Assembly (NCBI GenBank): GCA_963808215.1
Contig: CAWEEY010000012.1
Span: forward strand, 20,409-84,408
From: an uncultured Actinomycetota bacterium
GTDB lineage: Bacteria > Actinomycetota > Actinomycetes > Streptosporangiales > Streptosporangiaceae
Length of the DNA stretch: 64,000 nucleotides
Direction: 5' to 3'
Shown piece by piece: positions 10,259-20,433 of this stretch (the stretch's first letter is position 1; the number at the start of each line of letters is the position of its first letter). Below the pieces are notes generated by a model. It was not told the origin of the DNA. It made no database searches and worked only from the letters and a program-made list of their open reading frames with translations. The position numbers and the translations under genes are program-made.

Positions 10259-10662
10259 CGGTCTGTCCTTTCGGTTCGTGCTGCTGGTTTCGTAGCTGAC
10301 TTGGCCGGGGACCCGGCCCGGGTGTCAGATGCCCGATCTTGCTGGACGCGATGCAGGTGCGCGTCCAGCCGGTCGAAGCTGGCATCCCAGAACACCCGGT
10401 AACGCTCCATCCAGTCCGTCGCCTCCTTCAGCGGAGTCGCCTGGAGGGAGCTCGACCGCCACTGTCCGGACCGGCTTCGGGAGATCAGGCCGGCATGCTC
10501 GAGCACCTTCAGGTGCCGGGAGATGGCCGGCATGCTGATCGAGAACGGCTCAGCCAGTTCCGAGACGGTGGCATCCCCGTCCGCAAGCCGGGCAAGTATC
10601 GCCCGCCGGGTTGGGTCCGCCAGCGCCGCGAAGACCACGCTGAGCTGATCCTCGGATCTCAT
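10255..10662 (-). CDS. ArsR/SmtB family transcriptional regulator
   Basis: ALADPTRRAILARLADGDATVSELAEPFSISMPAISRHLKVLEHAGLI. Shine-Dalgarno AAGGTGG upstream. Confidence 0.9.
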   Translation of the reverse strand: MRSEDQLSVVFAALADPTRRAILARLADGDATVSELAEPFSISMPAISRHLKVLEHAGLISRSRSGQWRSSSLQATPLKEATDWMERYRVFWDASFDRLDAHLHRVQQDRASDTRAGSPAKSATKPAARTERTDR

Positions 10663-10663
10663 T

Positions 10664-10694
10664 TAACCACCTTGTTAATTAACCAGTGCGTTAA
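10664..10694. promoter_or_regulatory. Nested AT-rich inverted repeats (TTAAC...GTTAATTAAC...GTTAA), candidate ArsR-family operator
   Basis: Perfect 10-bp palindrome GTTAATTAAC at 10674-10683, flanked by TTAAC (10664-10668) and GTTAA (10690-10694). It sits immediately upstream of the arsR-family start. Confidence 0.4.
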
Positions 10695-10857
10695 ACGTAG
10701 TCTCCTGCCGCCAAGGTGTCAAGCGGAAGCGCTTGAAGCCGATCTGACCCGATCCGTCGCCCCAGAATCCGCCACGGCGTTGCAATCCGGACACCACCGG
10801 AGTAGGAAACCAGCGTGGGGGGCGACGCGTCTCACGGCGGCTGGTCAGCGTGCACGA

Positions 10858-13800
10858 GTCGAACTGCGTCTCGCCGGTCCGTTCGGAGTAATGAGCGACG
10901 GCGCCGAACTGGTTGCGCACCAGATCGGCAGCCGCAAATCTCGCCTGCTACTGAAGCTGCTCGCGGCGGCCCGGCCCGCGCTGCTGAGCTGCGACCAGAT
11001 AGCCGAGGTGCTCTGGGATGGCGCGCCGCAGCCTGGCGCCGACCGAAACATTGCATCACTGATCAGCAGGCTCCGCGCAGTCCTCGGTGCCGACATCATC
11101 GAGGGCGGCAGGACCGGTTACCGGCTCGGTGACGAGCCAGCCGTTTCAGTCGATCTGGATATCGCGGCGCGCCTGTGCGATCAGGCGGAGCGCAAGCTCG
11201 CTTCCGCCCCCGCCGTTGCGCTGGCTGCCGCGGGCCGGGCGGCCGAGTTGCTCGGCGATGGGGTGGCGATCGCGGACGAGCCGTACGCGGACTGGGCGGA
11301 CGTCGCGCGCCAGCGGCTCAGCACGCAGCTGCGGCGAGCGCGGCTGACAGCGGCGCAGGCGGCCCTGGCGACCGGCGACCCGGAACAGTCCGCGCGTTAC
11401 GCCGAGGCGGCGATCGCAGCCGACGGCCTGGACGAGCCGGCGCACCGCCTGTACATGTCGGCGGTCGCGGCGAGCGGCGAGCACGCGCGGGCGCTGCTTA
11501 TTTATGAGGCGCTCCGGGAGCGCCTCGCGGCCGAGCTCGGGACGGATCCGTCGCCACCGACCCGTGACCTGCATCTGGCCATCCTGCGCGAGGAACCCCG
11601 GGCGACGGCACACGGGCCGGGAACGGGGCGGCAGGCCGAACTGCCGCCAGCTTCGGCGCGGCCGCCTAGAGGAGCTGCCGGGGCCAGTGCTCGTCGGCCG
11701 CGCACGCGAGGTCGCGGAGCTGCGCGCAGCCTGGAGCCGGGCCGCGGCAGGCGAGCCGAGTGTCGTAATGATCGTCGGCGAGGCCGGGATCGGCAAGACG
11801 GCGCTGGCCGAGCTCATCGCGGCCGAGGCAGCTGGGGACGGCGCAACCGTACTCAGAACTCGCTGCTACGAGACCGAGCGCTCACTGTTCCTGCAGCCGA
11901 TCGTCGAGGCACTGGATCCCGTTGTCAGCCGGATGTCCGCGGCTGAGCTGCGGGACATGCTCGGCCAGCACGTCGCTGCGGCGGCTGCGGTCCTGCCGAC
12001 GGCGGCTGACCTGCTCGGCCCCCTGCCGCCTGACCACGGCACCGCTGAGATCGAGCGAAGGCGAGCCTTCGACGCTCTGACCACTCTGCTGCGCGCTCTG
12101 GCCCGCCGCCATCCCGTGCTGCTTGTCGTGGACGACCTCCAGTACGCCGGCCAGTCGACCGTCGAGCTCCTGCACTTCCTCGGCCGCCGGCTGTCGGGCT
12201 CCCGGCTGCTGGTCGTGTTCACGGTGCGAGCCGAGTACTCAGCCGACGTCGGGGCCGCGCTCGAAGCGGTCGCCGTGCCGCTCGAGGTCGGTCCGCTGGA
12301 TCGCGACGCCGTGGCCAAGCTAGCCAGCGACGCCGGCCAGGGCTCACTCGCCGCCGACATCCTGCACCGCACGCGCGGCCACACGCTGTTCGTGGTGGAG
12401 GTTCTGCGAGCGTTGCGCGGCGGGGAGGAGGGCGTGCCCTCGTCCCTGCGCGCGACGGTCGTCGCACGCGTGCGCCGGGCCGGAGCGCCAGTCGAGGCGG
12501 CACTGCGAGCCGCCGCCGTGCTCGGCAGCGCAGTCGACCCGCTGATGCTGGGCGCGCTGCTGGGCCTGACCACGGCGGCTGCTGTCGAGCGGTGCGAGCA
12601 GGCCCTGTCGGCCCGCCTGCTCGTCGTAAGCGGGCGGCACTACGAGTTTGCCAACGACCTCATCCGCGAGGTCATGTACTCGACCACGCCCGAGCCAACC
12701 CGGCTGGCCTATCACCGCGGGGCCGCCGATCTGCTGACTGCCCAGCCCGAGGCGCTCGCCGAGCACGCGGCCGCGTGCGGCGACTGGCAGCGGGCGGCCC
12801 GCGCCTGGCTGGTCGCCACCGAAACGGCCATGCGGCGGTTCGCGGCATCCGACGCGGCGCTGCTGGCCACCAAGGCACTGGACGCGGCCGACCGCGCAGG
12901 CGCGGCCGAGGTCGCCGTCCGAGCCCAGATCGCACGCGGCCATGCGCATGAGATTATGGGCGACCACCGGGCCGCACTCGCAGACTTCACGGCAGGCGCG
13001 GACCAGGCCCGCGCGATTGGGGACCGGCGCCAGGAGATGTACGCGATGCGCGAACTCGGCGGTGATACGCCAGTCGCCCTCGGTCTCCCGATCACGTTCT
13101 GCGAGTCCCACCTGGCGGCCGGCCTGCGGATCGCCGAGTCGCTCGGTGACCGCGGCACCGAGGCGGACCTGCTCAGCCGTCTCGCGATCGTTGCCGGCAA
13201 CCGGTTCCAGTTCGACGCCGCGCTGAATCTCGGGCGTCGCGCGGTCGCGGCCGCGAGGGCGACCGCCGACGAGCACGCTCTCATCACAGGTCTGGACGGG
13301 CTTAAGGGCGCCTACCTAAATGTCGGCGACGCAGCCAGCCTCGGCCCGCTGCTGGCGGAACTCTTGCCGGTGGCTGCAGCGGCACGGCGACCTGGTGCAT
13401 GTTCAGTGGGCCGAGTTCGACTCGGCGTTCCTGGCGTTCGCGGCCGCGGACTGGGAAACGGCGGAGGCACGGATCCAGGCGGCATTCTGACGAACCGTCG
13501 CAGTGGCTATCCCTCCTGGGCTGGCTTGTACGCCGCGCACCTCGGCCTCATCGCCAGGCTGCGCGGCCGTGATGCGGACGCTATCCAGGTCGGCCGGAAC
13601 GCGCTAGCTATCGCCGACCAGCACGGTCACAGCTGGTCGATCGCGGTCGCGTCGGCCGCGCTCGGCTCGACGCTGCTGGTGGCCGGGGCAGCGGACGAGT
13701 CAACCGCATTGTTCGAGCACGGCCTCAGTGCAGCTGAGACAGACGGAACCGAGTCCTATGTGCTGCGCTGCCTGGCCCCGCTCGCCTACGTAACGCGTTC

Positions 13801-14167
13801 GCCAGACCTGCTGGAGCGCGCAGGCGGGCTGCTCGCACAGGCTGCCAGCAAGACAGGCGCCTGGATTCCCGGCTATGAGACGCACCTCGCGGTGGCCAGC
13901 GCCTGGCGAGCGCACGGCGAGCCGGAGCGCGCCCGCGAGGTACTGGCACCGCTGCTGGCAGTCGCAGAGCGGACTCCGTGGACGCCAGTGCTGGCCGAGG
14001 CCCTGCTCGTCGACGCGAGCGCGCTGACCGCGCTCGGTCGCCAGGCCGACGCCAGTGCTGCGCTACGGCACGCCGCCCGGCTCGCGGGTGACCATGGGAT
14101 GCCGAGGGTGGCGGCAGACGCGACGGCAGCCCTCCGCGTTGTCGCCAAGCGCACCGCCGGCGGTTAG
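10858..14167 (+). CDS. SARP/AfsR-like regulator (OmpR-type wHTH + BTAD + NB-ARC/AAA ATPase + TPR), read across three frame changes
   Basis: VELRLAGPFGV...BTAD lies in ORF 10339..11946. Walker A (GEAGIGKT), DDLQ and the TPR-like C-terminus lie in ORF 11504..14167, with a shift near 11650. A further pair of shifts lies at about 13370 and 13487. The true start is uncertain: the first ATG is at 10891, but homology extends to about 10858. Confidence 0.75.
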
Positions 14168-14428
14168 ATCAGCTCGGCCAGGCTGGCAGCCGCCCGGCTG
14201 GCGCCATCGGTCTCGACCGGCTGATACCTGACCGGACGCCCGATCTCCGCGGCGATGGCCGCAGCCAGCGCGCGAGTGCACGATCGGGTCGGTCGGAGCG
14301 AAGACGACGGCCGGCCTGCCCTGCCCGAACACCTCGTAGGAGACCTTCACGCCGTCCCGCTCAACGAACCCCTCAACGTCGGGATATCTCGCTCGCACGG
14401 CCCCGAGTTGGGCCAATTTAGTGCGCAA
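14164..14428 (-). pseudogene. Deletion remnant of an alpha/beta-hydrolase-glycosyltransferase paralog (N-terminal ~50 aa joined to C-terminal ~33 aa)
   Basis: RARYPDVEGFVERDGVKVSYEVFGQGRPAVVFAPTDPIVHSR resembles the N-terminus of the gene at 16366. After a frame change, AAAIAAEIGRPVRYQPVETDGASRAAASLAELI resembles its C-terminus. Confidence 0.5.
14363..14402. repeat. 40-bp perfect direct repeat, copy 1
   Basis: AACGAACCCCTCAACGTCGGGATATCTCGCTCGCACGGCC, identical to 15130-15169. Confidence 0.9.
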
Positions 14429-14518
14429 GTCAGGAGTGCCGGAGATCGCTTCGGTGCCTGGCGTACGTCATCGGGCGACAAACCTGAACCACACCAGCGC
14501 GTCGTCCGTCGCAGAAAC

Positions 14519-14980
14519 ATGAAGAAGCCCGCGCTGATCGTGCTGATATGCCTCGTTGTCCTGGTCGGCGTAGCCGGCTGCTCTTCCACCCTGCCGTCTG
14601 TCGCCGAGGTCACTGGCTTCACATCAGTCCCGGGCCCGGCGGCGTTCTCGGCGCGTTTGGGCCCCGTCACGGTCCGCGTAGCCGGAAAGGACGCCAGCCG
14701 GCGCGCAGAACTGGTGAGCCAGCTTCCCACCGTGTCGCAGGCGCAATGCCACGAGCCCCTAGGTCTGATGTACCGGATCGCCTTTGGCGCTGGCTCAGTC
14801 GCGCAGTCGAAGGAAATCGTCGAGGGTTACCAGTGCGCCGCAGCGGTGAGGGTTGCGGTCGCAGGGAAGGCCAGCTCGTGGCGACGAGACGCTCACTGCG
14901 CGCTGATCCGGGCCGTGCGGCACGTGCTGCCAGGTCGGGCGAAGGCAACGCAGAGCCTTGCCATCGGATGCGGCAGCTAG
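14519..14980 (+). CDS. Putative lipoprotein
   Basis: MKKPALIVLICLVVLVGVAGCSS signal peptide and lipobox, in frame within ORF 14255..14980. Confidence 0.7.
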   Translation: MKKPALIVLICLVVLVGVAGCSSTLPSVAEVTGFTSVPGPAAFSARLGPVTVRVAGKDASRRAELVSQLPTVSQAQCHEPLGLMYRIAFGAGSVAQSKEIVEGYQCAAAVRVAVAGKASSWRRDAHCALIRAVRHVLPGRAKATQSLAIGCGS

Positions 14981-15129
14981 CTGGAAGTTGCCCGCGAACG
15001 CAGTCGTGCGGGGGACGGGGCCTCTCTGCGGGCCAGGATTTAGTGCGCAACTTCAGCCAGTCCGAACGGCGAACCCGCAGGTCAGCAGCTCGCAGAATCG
15101 ATCCACGGCAAATCGTGGCCCAAGTCGGG

Positions 15130-15169
15130 AACGAACCCCTCAACGTCGGGATATCTCGCTCGCACGGCC
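15130..15169. repeat. 40-bp perfect direct repeat, copy 2
   Basis: Identical to 14363-14402. On the minus strand it encodes the orphan peptide AVRARYPDVEGFV. Confidence 0.9.
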
Positions 15170-15313
15170 GCCTCTCTCTGACGCTGGACCGGCCCCTCTG
15201 GCCACGTTCCCTCATTACGCACCCGGCCGTTGCAGCGCGATTGCAATGCCACTGAAACAGCCGGGCACAGCATGGGCGTCGATGGAACGAAGCAGCACCC
15301 TGGGAGGGATCGC

Positions 15314-16369
15314 ATGGCCATCGACAACGACAAGCTTCAGGAGTTTCTCGGCAAGTTCGTCAGCGATCTCGGCGCGACGGTATCGGCCGCCAGCGTCGTG
15401 ATCGGGCACAATCTCGGTCTGTACAAGGCGCTGGCGGGCAAGCCCGCTACGGCCGAGGAACTCGCGAACCGCACGGACACGAATCCGCGCTATGTGGCCG
15501 AGTGGCTGCGCGGTCAGGCGGCCGGCGGCTATATCTGCTACGACGCAGCCAGCGACAGCTACTCGATGACGGAAGAGCAGGCCTTCGTGCTGACCGACCC
15601 AGACGGCCCGCTCTACGCGCCCGGGGCATTCATCCTGGCGCTCGGCGCGCTGAAGGCGGAGCCGCGCATCACCGAGGCATTCAGGACCGGCGACGGCATG
15701 GGCTGGCACGAGCACGACACCAACGTGTTCGTCGGCTGCGAGCAGTTCTTCCGCAATGCCTACATCGGCAACCTGATCTCGTCGTGGATTCCGTCGCTGA
15801 CGGGCGTCGAGGACAAGCTCCGCGCCGGCGCGACGGTCGCCGATGTCGGCTGCGGTCTCGGCGCCTCGACGATCCTGCTCGCGCAGGAGTACCCGAACTC
15901 GCAGTTCACGGGCTCGGACTACCACACCGGCTCGATCGAGCTGGCACGCAAGCGAGCCGGTGACGCCGGCGTCGCTGACCGGGTCGACTTCGAGGTCAGC
16001 TCCGCGTCGGCGTTCTCCGGTGCCGATTACGACCTCGTCGCGACGTTCGACTGCCTGCACGACATGGGCGACCCGCTCGGGACCGCCCGGCATATCCGCG
16101 AGGTGCTCAAGCCGGACGGGACGTGGCTGGTAGTGGAGCCGGCCGCGGCCGACGACGTGGCTGGCAACATGAACCCGGTCGGGCGCGCGTACTACAGCTT
16201 CTCGACGCTGCTGTGCGTGCCGAATGCGCTCTCCCAGCCCGGCGGCTACGCACTCGGCGCGCAGGCCGGTGAGCCCGCGATCAGGCAGGTTGCGACCGAC
16301 GCTGGCTTCACCCGGTTCCGCCGTGCGGCCGAGTGGCCGTTCAACATCGTCTACGAAGCGCGCCCATGA
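15314..16369 (+). CDS. Class I SAM-dependent methyltransferase with an N-terminal winged-helix-like domain
   Basis: Start MAIDNDKLQEF at 15314 after GGGAGGG. SAM motif VADVGCGLGAST. Confidence 0.85.
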   Translation: MAIDNDKLQEFLGKFVSDLGATVSAASVVIGHNLGLYKALAGKPATAEELANRTDTNPRYVAEWLRGQAAGGYICYDAASDSYSMTEEQAFVLTDPDGPLYAPGAFILALGALKAEPRITEAFRTGDGMGWHEHDTNVFVGCEQFFRNAYIGNLISSWIPSLTGVEDKLRAGATVADVGCGLGASTILLAQEYPNSQFTGSDYHTGSIELARKRAGDAGVADRVDFEVSSASAFSGADYDLVATFDCLHDMGDPLGTARHIREVLKPDGTWLVVEPAAADDVAGNMNPVGRAYYSFSTLLCVPNALSQPGGYALGAQAGEPAIRQVATDAGFTRFRRAAEWPFNIVYEARP

Positions 16370-18514
16370 CGACGACCGAACCTGTAGCGGCGACCGCGGG
16401 CCAGTCTGGCCCGCCGGTCGCCGCCGGGCGCGAGCAGAGCCGGGCGCGCTACCCGGACAGCTCCGGCTACATCAAGCGCGACGGAGTGCGGCTCTACTAC
16501 GAGGTCTACGGTTCTGGCGAGCCGACCGTGTTCCTGCTGCCGACGTGGTCGATCATCCACTCACGGCACTGGAAGATGCAGATCCCCTACCTTGCCCGGC
16601 ACTGCCGTGTGCTCACCTTTGACGGTCGCGGCAACGGTCGCTCGGACCGCCGCCGGGCGCCGGATACGAGAGAGGACGGAGTTCGCCGCGGATGCGCTGG
16701 CGGTGATGGACGCAACCGCAACGGAGAGCGCGGTGCTCGTGTCACTCTCGGTCGGCGCGCAGCGCGCCCTGATCCTCGCGGCTGACCATCCGGATCGCGT
16801 GGCCGGGGCGGTGTTCATCTGCCCGGCGCTGCCACTGGCATCGCCGCTGCCTGACCGCACTCGGTATCCGTGGGATGAAGTGCTGCCCACCGACGAGGGC
16901 TGGGCGAAAGATAACCTCTACTACTGGCTGCGGGACTACCGCGGCTTCCTGGAGTTCTTCTTCTCCCAGCTGTTCACTGAGCCGCACTCGACCAAGGCGA
17001 TCGAAGACTCCATCGGCTGGGGCCTGGAGACCACCGCCGAGACCCTAATCGCGACCGAGATCGGCAGCGGCCTGGACGAAGCGGCGGCCCTCGGGCTGTG
17101 CGCAAAAGTTCGCTGTCCGGTGCTGGTCATCCAGGGCACGGAGGACGCGATCACCGGGCCTGGCCGCGGGGTCGCGCTGGCCGAGGCGACCGGTGGCGAT
17201 CTCGTGCTGCTTGAGGGGTCCGGGCATGGCCCGCACGTTCGTGACCCGGTCAAGGTCAACCTGCTGCTCCGGGACTTCGCCGTCCCAGCACGGACCTACC
17301 CGCGCTGGGTCCGCGGCAAGGCACGGCCCAGGCGCGCGCTCTATATCTCGTCGCCGATCGGGCTCGGCCACGCCCAGCGCGATGTGGCGATTGCTCATGA
17401 ACTGCGCAAGCTGCATCCCGAGCTTCAGATCGACTGGCTCGCCCAGCATCCGGTCACCAAGGTGCTGGAAGCGTGCGGCGAGCGCGTGCACCCTGCCAGT
17501 GCATACCTGGCTAGCGAATCGGGCCACATCGAGTCCGAGTCGGCCGAGCACGACCTGCACGCATTCCAGGCCATCCGGCGGATGGATGAGATCCTGCTCG
17601 CCAACTTCATGGTCTTCCGCGATCTCGCCCAGGACGAGCACTACGACCTGTGGATCGGCGACGAGTCGTGGGAACTCGACTACTACCTGCACGAGAATCC
17701 CGAGCAGAAGAGCACCGCCTACGCCTGGCTCACCGACTTCGTCGGCTGGCTGCCAATGCCCGACGGTGGCGACCGAGAGGCGTTCCTCACCGCCGACTAC
17801 AACGCCGAGATGATCGAGCACATCGACCGCTACCCGCGACTGCGTGACCGGGCCATCTTCGTGGGCGACCCCGACGACATAGTCCCGAACACGTTTGGCC
17901 CGGGCCTGCCGCCGATCCGTGACTGGACCGAGCAGCACTACGACTTCTCCGGTTACATCACCGGGTTCGACCCACGCCAGCTCGGCGACCGCGAAGCGCT
18001 CGGTTACGGCACGGACGAGCGAGTCTGCATCGTCACCGTCGGCGGCTCGGGAGTGGGCGGTCACCTGCTGCGGAAGGTGATCGCCGCGTTTCCCGAAGCC
18101 AAGCAGCGCGTCCCGGACCTGCGGATGATTGTGGTGGCCGGCCCGCGGATCGACCCAGCCAGCCTGCCAGCCCATGACGGGCTGGAGATCCGGCCGTACA
18201 TCCACGAGCTTTACCGGCACCTCGCCGCCTGCGACCTGGCGGTCATCCAGGGCGGGCTGACCACTGCGATGGAGCTAACCGCCAGCCGACGGCCGTTCCT
18301 GTACTTCCCGCTCCGGCACCACTTCGAGCAGAACTTCCATGTGCGCCATCGGCTGCAGCGCTACGGCGCCGGGCGGTGCATGGACTTCGAGACCACGGAG
18401 CCCGCCGACATCGCCGCCGCAATCGCCAGCGAGATCGGACGGAGGGTCGACTACCTCCCCGTTGCCACCGATGGCGCTGCGCATGCGGCTGGCCTGATCG
18501 CCGGCCTCCTCTAG
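16366..18514 (+). CDS. Alpha/beta-hydrolase fused to a GT1/GT28-like glycosyltransferase domain; 1-2 indels at 16650-16680
   Basis: The ATG at 16366 overlaps the methyltransferase stop (ATGA). The N-terminal hydrolase is in ORF 16333..16785. The rest is in ORF 16592..18514 (GSGHGPH, then ISSPIGLGHAQRDVAIAHEL...GGSGVGG...QGGLTT). Confidence 0.8.
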
Positions 18515-18520
18515 CGGCTG

Positions 18521-18547
18521 TGCCTGCCGCGGAGGGGGCGGCAGGCA
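18521..18547. terminator. GC-rich hairpin between convergent genes (10-bp stem, 7-nt loop)
   Basis: TGCCTGCCGC-ggagggg-GCGGCAGGCA. It lies between the stop at 18514 (+) and the stop at 18571 (-). There is no U-tract. Confidence 0.45.
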
Positions 18548-18570
18548 GGGCTGGTCCGCCTATTCGTCGG

Positions 18571-19084
18571 CTAGCGGACCTTGTCCAGCCAGGCCTGCGA
18601 CACCGACCCGAACGGCTCGACCCCGGCGGTAACGGCCGCCAGCAGCCAGGCCGCGGCCTTCTCGGCCTGGCTGACCACCTCCGGCGGATACCCGTAGCGC
18701 ACCTGATGCTCGGCGAATTCGTCCTCGTCGTCGACGAACACCCGACTGGTCTGGTCGCCAGCGCACCACGTCGAGGTCCAGGTCGATCATGGTGACCTCG
18801 TCGGGACCGCGCCACTGCGCCGGTGTCGAGATGTCGCAGTAAACCTCGGCGCGCGACGGCGGATCGTTGAACACCGCCGTCCACCACTGGCCGCCGGCCG
18901 GGATGAGCTGAACTGACGGCGCCTCGAAGCGGACCGGCGGCTCATTGCCGCGCTGCGCGGTGGCGCCGGACCGTGCGCCTAGCCAGATGCCGTGCTCGTC
19001 CTCGCCCAGGTACAGCATCGTCTGATGCCAATGCAGGCTGCCGTCGTACTTGGTGAACACCAGCCGCACGTCTCGACCCGTCAC
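18571..19084 (-). CDS. DUF402 domain protein, frame broken near 18765
   Basis: ORF 18560..19084 reads the N-terminal part (FTKYDGSLHW...MIDLDLDVV). The C-terminal part (VFVDDEDEFAEHQVRYGYPPEVV...) is in another frame, ending at 18571. Confidence 0.7.
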
Positions 19085-19115
19085 AGCGGCACCTTACCGA
19101 CGACTGCTAAGCCGC

Positions 19116-20264
19116 CTAGGCCATGTTGCGCGGATCGATACCGACACCACCGGCTGCGTTGCTGGCGTAGGCCGCGAGCGCAAACCGCAGCACGTCGACG
19201 GCCTGCTCACCGCTCCACATCAGCGGGCCGTCGCCCGTGCGCAAGTAACGCAGCCAGTGCCGGCCGGAGTCGCGGAAGCTGCTCGCCCAGTCGTCATCGA
19301 GAGCGTGGTATCCGCGCATCTCGCCGTCGGCGTAAACCTCGACGCTGGGCTGCTGGATGCCACGGGCCATGATGCGGTTGACCCGCGCGTAGCCTCTGGT
19401 GCCGGTGATCTCCCAGCGCTCGTCGTTGGTGTAGTAGTCCGAGCGCATATACAGGTCGGGCGCGAGGGTGATTTCCCAGACACCGCGGATGCCGTTCTCG
19501 TGCTCCCAGCCGATCATCGCGGGGGCGTCGATGTCGATCCCGGACCCGAACGACGTGGTGCCAATCCAGGCCCGCACCTCGCGCACGGGACCGAACAGCC
19601 ACAGCGCAGTCGACAGCTTGTGCCAGCCGTCATCGAACACCATGATCCCGCGGCCGATCGCTATCTGCTTCAGCTGCCACTCGAAGCTGCTCCACGGCAC
19701 GTCCCACCCGCCGCTGCCACTCCCGACCATCTTCAGGTGGTAACCAGCTACCTCGCCGATGTCGCCGGACTCGACCACGGACTTGAGCTTGCGGAGCGGC
19801 TCGTAGAAGAGGTAGTTCTCCATCACCCGCAGAACGCGGTCGTTTGCCTTCGCCGTGTCCAGGATTCGCTGCGCCGAGGCGAGGTCGTTGCACAGCGGCT
19901 TCTGGGCGTTCACGTGCCAGCCCTGATCGAGCAGCTCGAGGATCCCCTCCTCGTGCAGCGGGATCGGCAGGAGGCATTCCACCGCGTCGATGTCGATTCC
20001 GCTCGCCGCTAGCTTTGCCACGGACGGGAACGTGGCCGCGTCGGGCCAGTCCGCCTGGCGCTGGTCGCGGCGCTCCGGGTCCGGATCGACGAGCGCGACC
20101 ACCTCCACGTCTGGATTCGCGAGGTAGCCGCGCATGTTGAGGTCGTAGATCCGGCCTAGGCCGACGAACGCGGCCCGGACCGGGCGGTTGTAGGGAACGA
20201 ACGTCACCGTTGCCGTCTCCTCTCGGCGCCTTAGGTCGACCGAGCCGGGCACGGACCGGGACAT
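19116..20264 (-). CDS. Gfo/Idh/MocA family oxidoreductase
   Basis: Intact 382-aa ORF with an N-terminal Rossmann fold (AAFVGLGRIY...VVALVDPD). The start may be internal. Confidence 0.8.
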   Translation of the reverse strand: MSRSVPGSVDLRRREETATVTFVPYNRPVRAAFVGLGRIYDLNMRGYLANPDVEVVALVDPDPERRDQRQADWPDAATFPSVAKLAASGIDIDAVECLLPIPLHEEGILELLDQGWHVNAQKPLCNDLASAQRILDTAKANDRVLRVMENYLFYEPLRKLKSVVESGDIGEVAGYHLKMVGSGSGGWDVPWSSFEWQLKQIAIGRGIMVFDDGWHKLSTALWLFGPVREVRAWIGTTSFGSGIDIDAPAMIGWEHENGIRGVWEITLAPDLYMRSDYYTNDERWEITGTRGYARVNRIMARGIQQPSVEVYADGEMRGYHALDDDWASSFRDSGRHWLRYLRTGDGPLMWSGEQAVDVLRFALAAYASNAAGGVGIDPRNMA

Positions 20265-20355
20265 AGAGGTGCGCAGTGCTCGGATGTTACCGACAGCGAC
20301 GGCCCTCGCGCGAGAGGCACTTTCCGTGACAACTTGCGAACGCCACTCGCTCTAG

Positions 20356-20385
20356 TTGACAGCGTTAATCAACGCGTTGCATAAT
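20356..20385 (+). promoter_or_regulatory. Near-consensus sigma-A-type promoter (TTGACA-N18-CATAAT) with the inverted repeat GCGTT-aatc-AACGC in the spacer
   Basis: TTGACA at 20356-20361 and CATAAT at 20380-20385. It lies in a 40% GC island (24/60 by hand count over 20351-20410). Confidence 0.55.
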
Positions 20386-20433
20386 GAGTTTTGTAAACGG
20401 CGTAAACACAAGACCGGGCAAGGGGACACTTCA

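Noticed and set aside
17045-18220. 391-aa ORF on the minus strand
   Set aside because: It is antisense to the glycosyltransferase domain of the hydrolase-GT fusion and has no motifs.
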